Shown piece by piece: positions 27,301-41,579 of a stretch of 64,000 nt of DNA. Within the stretch, counting starts at the first letter, position 1; each line of letters opens with the position of its first letter. The translations under genes were made by a program, and so were the position numbers. The notes below the pieces were generated by a model that was not told the origin of the DNA, did not search any database, and saw nothing but the letters and a program-made list of their open reading frames with translations. The stretch covers positions 1 through 64,000 of the forward strand of contig NW_020843646.1 in NCBI RefSeq assembly GCF_003704095.1. The letters run 5' to 3'. This stretch comes from Pocillopora damicornis (lineage: Eukaryota).

Positions 27301-29309
27301 GGAAACTTTGCCTGTTGCCTGGCAGCCAACATGTCACATGTCTTTGATATTCACCAAATCTTTTTATCACACTTGCTAATCAACAAAGATAAAGACAGCC
27401 AATAACCTAAGATAGCCTAATAACAGCCTTATCAGAATGTCAACCTTAGCACTTGGGATTTAGGACTGATTACCTTTTACACCAAAAGGAAGCTCAAACG
27501 GATAATTATACTATTCCACAGACTAGCAGGCTTCTAGTGCGGTAAGTGTCAATGTACTATTTCTCTCTTATGGGAAAATCAAGGCAGTCTGTGAAATAAT
27601 TTTTAGTTAGGGCAGAAAATCGAATCTTGCTGGCAAAATCTTTGAGTGTTTCAATTAAAAGCCAGAATACATATAAAGAAAATTGTACTACAATACTTTT
27701 ACAGTTTCTACCTCTTAGAAATGGCAGAGATGTGACTCACAATGAGATAAGTTATAACAATTTTTTTTATAATTTTCATTTAAATGCAAATCAATATAGA
27801 AAGTGTAAATTTGTTTTTTAAAAACACCATGCAGCGAAAATGTCCCAATGAAATTTCCTTGTTCACCACAATAGTGTGCAAAATTTTGCATTTCTCCTAT
27901 TCGATGCTTTCTGATATGCAAATCGATAATACTTATGGTAACACCTGCTTATAATTGCCATCATACAAGTTTGCTTGGCTCTTTTGAAATTTTCATCTAA
28001 TATATGTATTTGAACTGTTATTTTCACTCAAAGGGTCTAATATAGTTTGGTTGAAATGTGGAAAGAGAAAGCATTCTCTCTTAAACATATCACATTGGCC
28101 AAAGCATGTGTGATTTGGAAACAGATCTTGACAATCTTCATGTGCCCAAACATAAGCAAGTGTCCTTCCTTTTTTCCTAAGAATGGCTCCTGAATAATAA
28201 GTTTGAAAAAGCAGCAAATGACCAGACAGGAAAAGGGAACATAGAATTGTAAAAACAAATACAAATGGTTCTTCTGCAAAGCCAATTAAGATTAATTTCT
28301 TGTTGACAACGAATGATCTGACATGTGTCTATCTAATTTATACATTTTTTTATCACCATTGACAAGTCTTATGTGTGAATAACAAACTTATTGACAACCG
28401 AAAGCTACAAATCGAAAGAAATGGCGTCGACCGATCGTCGAAAGGAACCATTCAGTTTTAATCATTGTAAATCTACCGTTAGCCTTCGAAGTTGTTTGAG
28501 TCGCGCTACGTGACGAAATCTGATACTCTTTCCTAAAGCCAACCACATCATTTTGGAGGTACATTTACAACGAGATTCTGCTTTGAGAATGTTCTATGAA
28601 CAATAATGATCAGAGTTACGTCGCAGAGGTGACAAGAGAGAACGTTTACTTAGCGAGTCGTAAGGTAGGATAACCCCTAACTTTCAGAACACCTTAAAGT
28701 TATGTAATACTTACATTGTACGTTTAACTCGATAATACTTGGTGATGTGAAGAAACTACTTCGAAATGAGCATTGGTAACGAGTGTGATCTTCTTCGGCT
28801 ACGTTCATAACATTCAAAGTCCTGTCCGAAATGAAAATATGTTGGGGATGATCGTAAATGACTTTGCTTCCAATCAATGTTGAGTTGATGGCTAATCCAG
28901 CCCATTCATCACTGTTGTAAGGTTGTTCTCTGGACCAGGTCAGCAAATGAAATATATTAGCTTGTTGTTCTTCTTGAGGAGTCAGCACATAATCGCATGG
29001 CAGTGAAACATTTGAGCCGGCGACTACGTTAATTACATGGTTTGCCTGTTGCTGATAAGACCATTGAAATCCCTCTGAAATCGAAACCATAAAGGCTATG
29101 AGTCAGACATATTCAAACTCGACTACTAAAAGAGGACCGTTTTCATGCGGCAAACATTTCAGTATTGGCGACATGGTTTGTAACCGCCGCTCGCGTAATT
29201 GATACAATCAAACCAAACTATTTCAAAACTAATTTCAACATCACTTGCCCAGTAAAATTACACAGTTCAGAAAAAATAGTAGCACCCAGGTGGTATTGGA
29301 ACCCTCCAT
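24352..29309 (-). CDS. G2: V-set + I-set Ig, TM, cytoplasmic tail (CTX/JAM/nectin-like architecture)
   Basis: Signal exon 29309-29249 (MEGSNTTWVLLFFLNCVILL, GC donor). V 29074-28715 (VSLPC..LLTW..YQC). Ig 26971-26714. TM 26449-26333. Tail 26118-26082, 25952-25883, 25623-25570, 25179-25126, 24906-24853, 24694-24667, 24572-24517, 24441-24352, ending EVDSRI*. The last three exons are less certain. Confidence 0.8.
24853..25745 (-). repeat. About 444-bp tandem duplication carrying 54-nt cytoplasmic exons of G2
   Basis: agtaagaaaattgacaaa..aaatgaaag..aatgcacttgctggta..acaaacctc..gactcattctaacatca occurs twice. Confidence 0.85.
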
Positions 29310-31257
29310 TCTTCACGCAATCTTCTCGAAGAGGAAGTCCGACATAACTCTTTGTATATTTATTTGTGTTAGTGACAAACTCTCTAGTCCCTCCTCCACT
29401 GACGTCAAACACTTTCGCCGAGCTATTGTTTAAAAAAATTCAATCATGCATAGAATAGACAGGAAATGACAACATTCCGAGGATGACTGATACAGCTTTT
29501 TCTTTATTTGTCACTCCATGTCTAATTTTAGTCCCAGCTTCATTTGAGACGAACTAAACATTTGAGAAGCCAACTCATGTGACTTTTTAATTTTACTTTT
29601 TATTCCTAATTATTTTTTAATAGTTATCGTTTGCAATGTTCAGCAGGTGATATTCAAAAGGAGTAAAAGTTATTTTTCTCAAAGATACCTGCTCGCTCGA
29701 AAAAAGATTTCAGGCCGTACAGATTTTCTGAATACTATATGTAAAATATACGAGGCCGATATTGATTCATGTTTGTCAAGGATCAAGGTAGATAACGTTT
29801 TGATTGGAAAAATATAAGGTATAAAGGTTGTCAGTCCAAACAAAATAATAATTGCGGTGGACTTTGTAACATTCAGGGGTAATTTTAATTGGAAGCTAAT
29901 AGACAACGCTGTGTTGTGCAGATGTCTTACTTTTGCTCGACGACGGAAAGCGACAGAACCGTCTACAGAAAAGCGTTGTAACATCTAACAGTATGCCTAG
30001 CTGGGAAATTGAATGCAAGTTTCAAATTTTGCGGATTTTGCTTGATCTGCAAATATGGGTACACGCTGAAAAAAATACGCAGTGGAATATAACGCCGCAA
30101 AAAAATCATTCTTAGTCCAATACAAAAGTCGAGGGAAATAACGCGGATAAGAGGTTATTCATTCAGTATTCTGATTTCTTTGTCAAATATTTTGCGAAGT
30201 GGTTGTTTACCTTCCTAGATTATCCAGAATTCAGTTAACTTTCCAAAAAAACGTTCCGCGAATCTTAAAATCTCCAATTTGCGATATGAAATTACTGCAA
30301 AGCTAAGCAGCTTTTTCAGCCTTTCCACATGTTTTCCATTTATGTTTTCCCTTTATGTTTTCCCTCTTGGAACAATAGCAATACTGTGTGCTTTGTCTGT
30401 AAGAGATTTTAGCACATGTACGACATCTTTGTGCCTGATTATTTATCTTGTAGCTGTGTCAGTGCGATTGTAAAACTGTGAGTTTTAGATGGCGTTGTCA
30501 GATCGGCCATGTCGTGTCGACGACTGACTGAGACGTATAACAAAGTCCTTTATTCCATTTGCAATAATAAGAACTGAGATTTAACCGGTAGGTTAGACAA
30601 TGTTATGCAGGGTGTTTGGGCCTTTTAATTTAACAAAAAAAATAGACCGTTGTCGAAGATTTGAAGTCTGTAAATAAAAAATGCATTTTAAATTTGCGCG
30701 TTGAAAAAAATCAACGGAGTTGAGTCGAAAGAAAGTGACTCATTTTATGAAAATTATTTGTGTAATTCGTGTTCACAACTTAAATCTGTTGTTAGCATTT
30801 TATTCTATTTCCGCCAGCTAAGGAAATATAATGTGGCTTAATATTGATTCCGCATAATGCTAATGAGTTTTAATGTATTCCGCAGTCTTGTGTTACAAGT
30901 CATCATGAGGTGTTTCCGTCTGGAAATAACACTAAAGGTGTGGTATAAAAGAATTTGATATTTCCGGGTAGAACTTTGAATACTTCACGCGCGTGAGATA
31001 GTCCACGTTAGTCACGCACTTAAAATTCGTGACGCTCTCTTTAAAGAAAAACAAAGAAAGGGTGCATTCACAAGTACCCAAGTTTAATTGTAGCAAAAGA
31101 CACGAGCGTGCACCGAATTGAAGAGGCCTCGTCGCAGTGGGAACGGAGATTAATTAGATCGTGAAAAGATGGTTAATCAGCATGTTTCTTATGTTATTAA
31201 GGTGAACTGGAACTACTGCCACAAGTTTAAATAAGAACCTCCAGGGCATTGTTGATC

Positions 31258-34200
31258 ATGGATAACTCCCTGACAGTTTGGTCGTTTTTTTCGCTGTTTT
31301 GGCTTTCAGGTAAGCCAGGGTGTTATAACTCTCAAAACATATTTTTATATATAAGAATCAGTTTTTTCCTTTTACTCACTTTTTATTCTCTCTCATTTTT
31401 CGAAGAATCTCTGTCTTGGACCATTAAACAGCCCGACAGTGTATACAGAGGATCACCGATCACACTGGAATGGACAATATCACTAACAAAAGAAGAAAAG
31501 AAAAGAGCCGATCGCTTTTCTTTGATTCTCTTGGAACGTGAGAAGTTTCTATATAGCAATCAGTGGCAGATCATGGCTGTTAAACAATATTATAATGGTA
31601 TTTATCAGGAAATCGATGATGAGGACACTTTTGATGTGATTCCTGGAAAGGACATGGCGCTCAAATTGAACAATGTTACTGACACTGATGCTTCTCGATT
31701 TCGCTGCACATTTCTGAGCTCATTTGCTTCTCCGAAGAGTATCATTGAGGTAGAAATAGAAGGTGAGTCCCTGTCGTTTGTGGACGTCTCTATTCTTTAG
31801 ATGTAATACGTAATCTTTTAGGCGCATCCCTGACCTTCTGGGAAGGCATATCACAATTTCAACGTGTCTCTGAATTTACCCAGCGGTTTATCTGGTTCCA
31901 GGAAGCTAACATCAGCACTGCTTTTCAAGGAACATTTGCATAATGTTTGTCTGTGGAGTACGTTCAATATGTATAGTCAGCCAGTGGAAATCTCCAAGCG
32001 TCAATAACCTGCCCTGCACCATCATTTTCCAACAGGGCAGCGGAGTACTCTGTACACTTTTAATAAGGGATGATACTTATGTTATTTCTTTTTTGTTTTA
32101 GATTCTCCGGTATACGTACGTCTTATGGACGGAACTACTCCCAATAAAGGCCGAGTAGAAGTGTACCGAAATGGATTTTGGGGCACCATCTGTAGAGACG
32201 GTTGGGATATCCTGGATGCCTCAGTTGTTTGTCGGATGTTGGGTTATGCGGGAGCCTGGAAAGCTGGCTGTTGTGAGGATTATCGGGGAGGGACTGGTCC
32301 AGTGTGGCTAAGTGAAATTTCATGTACAGGAAGAGAGAAGTCTCTATTAGAATGTGATCACAGTGGTTGGGGTGTCAATAACTGTGATCATAGAAAAGAT
32401 GCTGAGATCGTATGTTACAGTCCACCGACAGAAAAACCGTCGCACTATGTCAGTTTAAAAATCGTGTCAACAAGAACACAGAAATCTCTTTTCTCTAGTA
32501 CAAAAGCAGTTACATCCACAACGGCTCAGTCCATTTTGACACAGGTGTCCCCACCAACACCCTTCAGCCCAACATCAATAGAATTCCAGAAATCGTCAAC
32601 CCACACTGTTCGTGTAACAGAAGCTATAGTAGTATCTCCAAGTTCATCGTCATTGGCCGTCATGTCCAGCTCTGTTATTGCCCCCTTAAATCCCAGTAAG
32701 TAGCCTCCAGTCATATTTGCAGCCTGTTAACAATTGTTGATATGCAATCACTGTCCAAGGCTTTGGCATGATTATAGACGTTCAGGTGTGTTAGCATTCT
32801 GTTGTCAGATGTGGCGATCAAGTTCTGTTTAATTAAACTCGGCTCCCGATTAGAAAAGTAATTAAGACTGAGATCAATCAGGAACTTCTATAGGTGTGTG
32901 CTTAGTGTAGAGATTAACGTCTAGAAAGCACATTTTTCAAACCCATTTGAAGATGATAGGATACAAAAGAACGTTTTTAGGCAGACACTCACCATGCAGT
33001 TCTCTTTTACAGACATGTACACCATAAAATGAAAAATGAGTCGCTCTGTTATGACATAATTGTACAGCTCAACACTGACTGCGTGTAGGTAAGTGCGTAT
33101 TCAACAGTCACGATCACAATTTTGATTTCTTTAAACAGTTTTATATATTGAGCTGTTGAATGGTGGTGGTCACCCAAATCAAGGTCGTGTTTCACTTTAC
33201 TACAATGGCCAGTGGGGAACAATATGCCAAGATCATTGGGACATGAATGATGCGAACGTAGTGTGTCGAATGCTGGGATACCCAGGAGCTTTTGACTTTA
33301 CTAACAGGACAGTTTTTGGCAGTGCTAGCGATGGGCCAATATGGCTTGATGACGTCAACTGCACGGGAATTGAGAGCACGCTTGCAGCTTGTCCACATGC
33401 TGGCTGGGGAAAAAGTAACTGTGATCACACGAAAGATGTGGGGGTGAAATGTGACTTTAATTACACTGTAAAGGCAAAAGGTAAGGCAGAAAATATTTGC
33501 AAACTCTGCAAATTCATCAATTCCCTGTATGTCAGCTTGTGTGTCAAGTAATCGATTTGTACTTCGAAAGAAGCAAAGAAGAAGAAATATCTGAAACTCT
33601 CTCTGCAGATGCAAGCTGCTCATTTGACACTTGGTATTGCGGCTGGGAGAATGGACCAGGCAGCAAGGGGTTAACGTGGACTAGGAAGTTTGGCCCAACG
33701 ATATCACATGAAACCGGACCATCCCAAGATCACACCTCTGGTAGTGGTAAGGAAAGCTTCATACCGAGGAATGTGACTGAGTGATAATGATACAATCGAA
33801 CTTTTTCGTGAAGTATTTTACTGATAGAAAAAGCTCTTACTCTTTAAGCTCACGCCCAAATAAAATGATTAAAATTCTTTTATTTGTCGACCGAACTGAA
33901 AATCAACCTTTTTTCCTGGTGTTTTTGTTTCATTATTAAATGTTCATGCATTTGTTAAATTAACTCTGTCATTAAGTATCACTAACATTATTAATCGCCC
34001 AAGGGATGTCACGCAACACTCTTGTGTTACATCCAAGAGTAAACATAATTACCCTTATTTCATTGTAGTTCTTTCCCCAATGCAGGTTTTTACTTTTACA
34101 TTGAGGCATCTGGACGAAGCAGGGGTGAAGTTGCTTCACTCGTGTCTCCACACATACGAAGTGATGAAAACACCACGTGTATGGTATTCTTCTATCATAT

Positions 34201-37200
34201 GTATGGACAGTCCATTGCTACACTCACAGTGAAGGTTGAAGATCAAGTTTTGTGGCAGTTGTCAGGCAACCAGGGAAATGCTTGGTACAGAGCAACTGTG
34301 CCCCTTAATTTCAATGCAACTTACAGGGTACGGTATAGCTGATCTTTTCACAACCATTCGTCACCTGTATGAAGTAAAGTATTTCAAGACGAACGTGTGT
34401 GTGTTTGTTTTTTTTGTTGTTGTGTTTTCACCTCTTTTCACTCTATTCTTGTTTGTTTTAGGTGATGTTTGAGGGTGTTGTTGGTAGCACTGCACGTAGT
34501 GATATTGCTATCGACGATGTCGAGTTCCAGGAAAATACAGAATGCGAAAAGACAGCTGAAACGTTAGGTAAGTAGACCGCTGAATTTCGAAATTATGCCA
34601 TGCTTAGGGTTAGCAAATAATGAAATAATTGAAATAATTAAGTTGAAATAATTTTTGGTATTACCAGGTACGATGTAAATATAAAAAGAGTTGCAGTTGC
34701 AATCGAACTTGCTGTTCCCGTTAGCAGTTCCCGCCAAGTGCTTCTGTCATTTCCTTCCCTCCTAGAGGAAGTATGGTCGAATGAAGAACGCCTTGCACTA
34801 GCTCTAAATCCAGAGATCCCCGGGCTCGAGAATCACTCTGATCGTTAGATCGTTAGATGGGATTGTTCCTTGCCAGTTTAAATCTACGACCACGCTTGCT
34901 AACGTCAACTAGTATGCCTCTTACTAGTTGGGGTTTTCAATCGTGTCACGCTTGAATACTATTAATAATTTTTTAGTTATTTGAGTGCGTTTAATTAGTG
35001 GACCACGATGAAAACTACAGGGTCATCAGTAGTTGTATCACCCTTAAAAATTATTTTAATCAGTGATAGTGTGAATGACGGTCAATTTGATGGAACCATA
35101 CTTGTAAGACCCTTGGACATTACCTTTCTTGATAACGATCCACGATCTATAATTCGGGAAACTCGATTGAACGATTTTAACCACTTTAGTTCCTCTTTCG
35201 AAGCATACATTTGCTCATACTCTCATACTTTTTCCTTATTTTCAGTTCCGCCAAAAATCATTTGGATTTCCCCAAATCGAACAGCTGAACTTGGTAGTGA
35301 GGTTACATTAGTGTGTACCGTAACTGGTCTCCCCACACCACTTGTAGTATGGAAAAAAAATGGAAAACTTGTTTCGGAGAGTCAGGTGACTGGTAACGTC
35401 ACTCTATTGAACATCACTCAGTCAGATATTGGCAGTTATGAGTGCTGGGCAATTAATGATGNNNNNNNNNNNNNNNNNNNNNNNNNNNNNNNNNNNNNNN
35501 NNNNNNNNNNNNNNNNNNNNNNNNNNNNNNNNNNNNNNNNNNNNNNNNNNNNNNNNNNNNNNNNNNNNNNNNNNNNNNNNNNNNNNNNNNNNNNNNNNNN
35601 NNNNNNNNNNNNNNNNNNNNNNNNNNNNNNNNNNNNNNNNNNNNNNNNNNNNNNNNNNNNNNNNNNNNNNNNNNNNNNNNNNNNNNNNNNNNNNNNNNNN
35701 NNNNNNNNNNNNNNNNNNNNNNNNNNNNNNNNNNNNNNNNNNNNNNNNNNNNNNNNNNNNNNNNNNNNNNNNNNNNNNNNNNNNNNNNNNNNNNNNNNNN
35801 NNNNNNNNNNNNNNNNNNNNNNNNAATGCAAATGACTGTCTAGTCTTTTGGAATGACCTCCGAAAAATACTGAAACTGTGAGTGTGAGAAGCGCAATCTG
35901 GACCAGATATCTTCTAGTAATTGTGCCCCCAATCAAAGACTTAGCTTGTATCAAATTAATCAACTTGTTTCATTCTCTGAAGGATCTCCGAGGAAAATAG
36001 TAATCACCACGAACGTGTCTTGTAACGCGGCCATCCTGGGTGACTCTGTTGCCATACGGTGCTGGTCTCGTGGCTACCCTGCTCCACTCTGTGGCATATA
36101 TCGCGATGGTAACTTACTAAGCGCCAATGGAGGTGTTTATGTAATTGAAAACTTCACTTCTTTGGACCAAGGAGTCTACATTTGCAACTGCTCAAATGTT
36201 GCTGGTGCAGCGCAGGCAAACTTTTCCCTCACACTCTATGGTAAGTGGGTCTGTGATTATATTCTTGTCTTAGAACCAACAAGTGGGAGAATAGTTGACT
36301 TCAAATGGGATATAGTTGTTTGGTAGTATGTGTAAACGACGATCGTGTGATTACCCGAGTCTTAAATGTTAACCAATGATGATAATCAACTTATTTCCAG
36401 AGGGTAACCGTCAACAGTATTTCAACTGATGAACAAGTGGTCCTCTATCCTATATTTGAAATACACTATACAATGTGGAACTAGACAGGAAGGGTCTAAG
36501 AATTGCTTTTTACTCTACAGAGTCCCCAGCTATCCACACCATTCATCCAGCCTATCAACTTGTGAACGAAACAGATACATTTGAGTTTTTTTGTAATGCG
36601 ACGGGAAATCCACCCCCGGCAATAACATGGCGGAAAGTTGGCGACACTAGAAAAGTGCATTCCATAGGACAAACACTGATAATACACAATGCTTACAAAT
36701 CAGACTTTGGCAGCTACCGATGTACCGCAATGAGTGTTCGCGGTGAGAATGTGTCAGCTGTTGCTCGAGTGGAGATGGATAACTGTGAGTCGAATTCCTT
36801 TTTGTATTGTAGTTGGTCACATGAAATAAAATGTTCCAGCTTTGACGGAGGCGACAAATCAATGTCAGCCTTACTTCAGCTAGATTTTGTCGTTCTCCTC
36901 GATTTATTCAGGAAAACAAAATAAGAAGAAATAAACAAGAGTGATTCTCCAGAATGACTTACACGGCATCGTTTAGGCTGGGCCCAAAGTATTAGCACCT
37001 CCAACGGTGTTTGTCAGGTAATGCCCTTCCTCACCCCCCACACTCTCCCAACGATCCATTTCGTATGAGAGCGACTGACAATGTTGTTTGTAAAGAAGGC
37101 TTTTCACGCCGCTGTATTATGATGTGATACTCAAGATTTGTGTTTTTATATATTTTTAGTTTCGCCGACGATCGAGTACATTTGCTGCAACGTTACCGTT

Positions 37201-40200
37201 TTGGAAAAAGAAAGAAGAAATGTTACAATGTCCTGTAATGCAACAGGAAGACCAGCGGCACAGCTGTCCTGGATAAGAGCTGCAGATGGTAAAACTTTGG
37301 TCGCTGGGAACACTCTAGTAATCTCAGCTGCTGGTCGGTCGCATCGCGGTGAATACAGATGCGTCGGTGATAATGGAGTGCGAAGTCCTGTTTCTAAGTC
37401 GGCATATGTGAACGTGCTTTGTAAGTTCAGAATGTTTTTTATGGAAGTCACCAAGGCAATAATTGTTAGAGATATATAATCGTGAGTCCAGCTCCACTTC
37501 AAATTTACAAAGACCCCGGCATGAAAAGAAAAATTGATGCTATCCACAGCATCATCGCGGAATATTTTTCCTATTTTGCTGTTATCAAGAATGCTGTATC
37601 TTTTTCCCATATTTTGTCCATTCTATGTTAGTATGCTACAAGTGCATTGAGATCTATCTGAGATCGAGAATCGTTTTTATCATATTAAGTCCAAATGCTA
37701 GCGAGAAGGTGGAAGACTACACGACAATTCGTGTTGTCCGTACTTTACAATTCAGCAAGTTCTTTGAAATTAATTAAGACGATTTCTCAGGAGTCTCGAA
37801 TTTCATATTCGTCACAAAAACAGCGTCTATTAAAGGGGGTGTGTTGCATGGTTAATATCAAAATCTCAAATGGATGTCTTTCTTTTCCTATAGATAATCC
37901 AATAACTACAAGATTAACAACCGATAAATTAAATGCAGTGGTACTAGGAAATGGTCGCATTGCAATGACTTGCATAACTGATGCCAACCCACCGCCAAGT
38001 CAATACCAGTTTTATCGTAATGGTGTCTACTTAAGAACTAGTTTTACAGGAGTGCATGTTATTCACAAGGCCAGATATTTTGACGCAGGAATCTATCTAT
38101 GCGTACCACTCAACAGGCTTGGCTCTGGTTCAAACGGCTCTGTCAAGGTTTCGGTAGTTGGTAAGTAAGACGCACTCTTGTACCCTAAGTCACCGCAACT
38201 TTATGCGACTTGAAGCAAACTAAGCCTCAGCAAAATTTGATAAAAAAAACACTCTAGAAGGCCTCCAGCAACAAGCACAACATCACACAAGTGATCAACC
38301 TGGCGTTTTTAATATAGTCTTCTGATTTGTGCCGAAATAAAGAGAAACTAGTACGAGGCTTGTGCTTTATTTGACTGTCTTTTTTTTCCATAAGTTTTCA
38401 CTAAAATTAAATGAAATGCAATCTAAATTCCTTCACTTTTTGTCTACAGGTGCTTTTTCTATCATGTACTTTCCACAGAACATGACCGTCAACGAAAGTG
38501 CAAGTGTTTTATTCTTTTGTAATGCTACTTCATATGCCCCATATGACAAATTTGTTCCTCAAATTTCTTGGAGTAAGCTTAGAGACAACAGTAAAGTGTT
38601 ACCACCAGGTCAACAGCTTGTTATAAGGAATGTGAGTCGATACGATGGAGGTACATACATCTGCACAGCAAAGAACGGACTGGGGCTTCCTGATACTAAA
38701 GCGGCGGTGCTAAATGTTCTACGTGAGTAAAAACATTTGACATTATGTGAAAATTAGGATTGTCTTCAGTAACCAACCAATTTGATTGACTTGCAGACCC
38801 GGTTGTTATTATATTCTGCAGATAAACCATACGACACCAAGCTTGGGGCATCAGTTCCAGACAATATTGCAGTATTAAACTCATCTGTAATAATAACTTG
38901 TAGAGCAAAAGCCAACCCACCGGTCATAACCTATAATATTTACCACAATGGCATCCTAGTGTCCAATGCATCTAGTGGAATTTACAACATCACACACGCT
39001 CTGACTGAAGATAATGGATCATATGTCTGTATACCTTACAACGAGTTTGGTGAAGGCGAAAAGGCAGCTTTGAAGGTGTCTTTTGTGGGTATGTAATTGT
39101 GTAAGACTCTCAGCCATGAATCCTTCTTATTTTTTCCAAAGATTTTTGGTGGTTTTCATTGTGTACTTGATTTAGTTTATCATTGTCATCGTCATCTTTT
39201 ATTTGCCTTATTTGCACAATACAAAAAATTTATTTACAGCGGTTATAGCTAGAAGGCGAGGAGAGCCAGGAAGCCACCGAGCTTATGGGAGAGCCACCTC
39301 ACTTACATTAATAAATAAAGAAAAGAAAAAGTGCTGCGAATTTGCGGCTAGGCCAATTCAGTGATTATTTAAATAAAAACTCTTGCATCTTCGTCTTAAA
39401 ACTAGGACGGTTTGACGAACGAGTGACTGAAACAGGAAGAGAGTTCCAAAATTTTAGGACCTTGGTAGAGAATTGTAAATTGCTTGAGATTTGTACGGCA
39501 CAAATGCGTTAGATAATTACTGGCTGTTCTGGTACCATAGTTGTGAATTTGGCTATTCGTTACAAAAAGATTGAGAAGCAATGGAGGCAATAAGTTATTT
39601 CTAAAATAAAACATGAATTTGGCGATTTCAAACGTATTGACTTGGAAAATATCTAAAATTCCTAGTTTGGAGAATAAAGGAGCGGAATGGGCTCGATAGT
39701 CTGAGTTGGTGATAGCCCGCACAGCTCGCTTTTGCAAGAAATAAATTCTATTTAAGTTAGATATGTATGTGGACGACCAGGCGCAGTTACAGTAGACGAT
39801 GTAAGGATAAATTAAGGTGTAGTACAAAGTGAGTTTGGTTGTAGAGGATAGGAAAAAGCGAGACCTGAAAATATAATACCTATTGATTTAGCGATTTGTA
39901 GATACATAGTTGATATGATGTTTCCAGGTGAGATGATCGTCAATATAGACCCCAAGGAATTTAGTTATGTTAGATTGTTGAAGGGGTTTATCTCCAAAGG
40001 AGAGAGAAATGCTGGAGTTAAATTTCTTCTGTCTGGGTTTAAAAATTACGTAGTTAGTTTTCTTTATATTAGTTACAATTTGGTTGCGCTTTATTAGCGG
40101 AGGAATCTCCCTCTGCAAGATATTTTCAGATTCATAACGTTCTTCAAGAGAAGAAGGTAATGATGATATGACCAATATTACTGGAGACAGTAATCTTCAA

Positions 40201-41579
40201 GAATGATATTAATTTTGAACAGTCCGATCGACAAAGCTAATACTTAGAAATAGTCCATACACAGAAAGATAACTTGTGTTTGGCTGGTTGTACTTGACAG
40301 GACCCTGTGGTGTTAAACGTGTGCATCATACCTGGTCGCCTCAGATTGTGGGTGGAGCTTATGCTAAACCAGGTGAATGGCCATGGCAGATCCAGCTGGG
40401 ATACTTTGACAACACCGAAAGCATCCCTCATCTTTGTGGTGGCTCCATCTTGGATCACTATTGGATTGTTACGGCAGCACACTGTGTGAAAAGTGAATTT
40501 GGTAAAAAAGTCCCCGCCAACTTTAATGTCACTGCTGGTAAGTCATGTTTTGTTGGTGCCGTTTTCATCCATTCGGTAGAACTTAGCCATTGGCCCGCAT
40601 CAAAATTGCAATCTCTTGTTATTTTATAATAGAAAGCTTGGTATTTTCATTAAGGCCGAGACACAGTTATGTCGCAGTGTACTTACAGTGATAATATAGC
40701 TTCCATTGGTCTAGTATTATTACGTATGTACGGTAATAACGTCAGTTTTGTTGACATGATTAACGAAGACAGTTATGACGACGAAATTTTATGGCTGAAC
40801 CATACCTCCTCTGTACGTTTAGTCCGTATAAGAATGTAATAAAATATTGCATACAAGATTATCAAAGGATCGAAGTTTTGTATTAGGATGGGTTTGGGGT
40901 GAGTAAGGTACAGGAGGGGATTTTTAACATGCCTTATGCCTTTTGAAAATTTCCATTGAGGAGGTTCTAGTTTACATGCTCATAGGTATGACTGCTGGAC
41001 TGTTTCCTTTCATCGTCAGGTGAACTCCACAGAGGGGTCAGTGAAGGAAGAGAGCAAACTGTTCCGGTAAAGAAGATAATTTTACACCAAAACTTCGACC
41101 AGAAAACCTTACGAAATGATATTGCTTTGATGAAGCTCCAAAGACCAATCTTCTTTGATGTGCATGTGTCACCAATATGCCTTCCGGACTTTGATTTTGA
41201 CGACGGTACTAAGTGTTACGTCACTGGCTGGGGTCGTTCTGGACCTCTTAGTTCGACGCCAGACATTCTTCAGGAGACTTCAATTCCTCTTGTAGCTCAC
41301 AGAGTTTGTCAACTGTATTACAAACAGAAAAGAGTTAACAATGTGACGTCAGACATGCGCTGTGCTGGGACCCTGGGTCAGAGTCGAGGCACATGTAAAG
41401 GTGACAGTGGCGGACCGCTGGCCTGTGAGAGAGACGACCGCTGGTATTTGATGGGTGTTACCAGTTGGGCAAATGAAGGCTGTATGCATAACGGTGATCT
41501 AGGTGTATTTTCAGATGTTTTGTACTTTAGGAGCTGGATTGAAGAAGTCATGAAGAACAATACAAAGACAGCAGAGTAG
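31258..41579 (+). CDS. G3: secreted mosaic serine protease (V-Ig, SRCR, mucin stalk, SRCR, MAM, 7 Ig, S1 peptidase)
   Basis: Exons 31258-31309 (signal), 31406-31762 (V), 32102-32695 (SRCR + S/T-rich), 33139-33480 (SRCR), 33609-33746, 34086-34327, 34462-34567 (MAM). Ig 35246-gap, 35983-36240, 36521-36784, 37160-37420, 37894-38160, 38450-38722, 38822-39088. Protease 40301-40537 and 41020-41579 with TAAHC, NDIAL, GDSGG. No TM segment seen. Confidence 0.88.
34770..34970 (+). mobile_element. Degenerate tRNA-derived SINE-like repeat
   Basis: tggtcgaatg...aaatccagagatccccgggctcgag tRNA-like head, then a body resembling anthozoan SINEs (recognised by eye only). Confidence 0.4.
39190..40085 (-). mobile_element. 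5'-truncated, frameshifted non-LTR retrotransposon (RT C-terminal region plus 3' UTR; CR1/L2-like)
   Basis: ORF pieces NIKKTNYVIF..TKFLGVYIDDHLTWKHHINYV and YYTLIYPYIVYCNCAW..LQKRAVRAI..HSAPLFSKLGIL are typical LINE ORF2 C-terminal motifs; antisense in the G3 intron before the protease exons. Confidence 0.85.
40301..41579 (+). CDS. G3 chymotrypsin-family (S1A) protease domain, 2 exons
   Basis: CG..SPQ|[49 protein letters not shown]. Confidence 0.95.

Noticed and set aside
29679-30473. Short ORFs between G2 and G3
   Set aside because: No domain signal or splice context; likely shared promoter or intergenic DNA
35008-35963. Long ORFs of 150-275 aa
   Set aside because: Artefacts of reading through N gaps; only 35246-35461 is a real Ig exon
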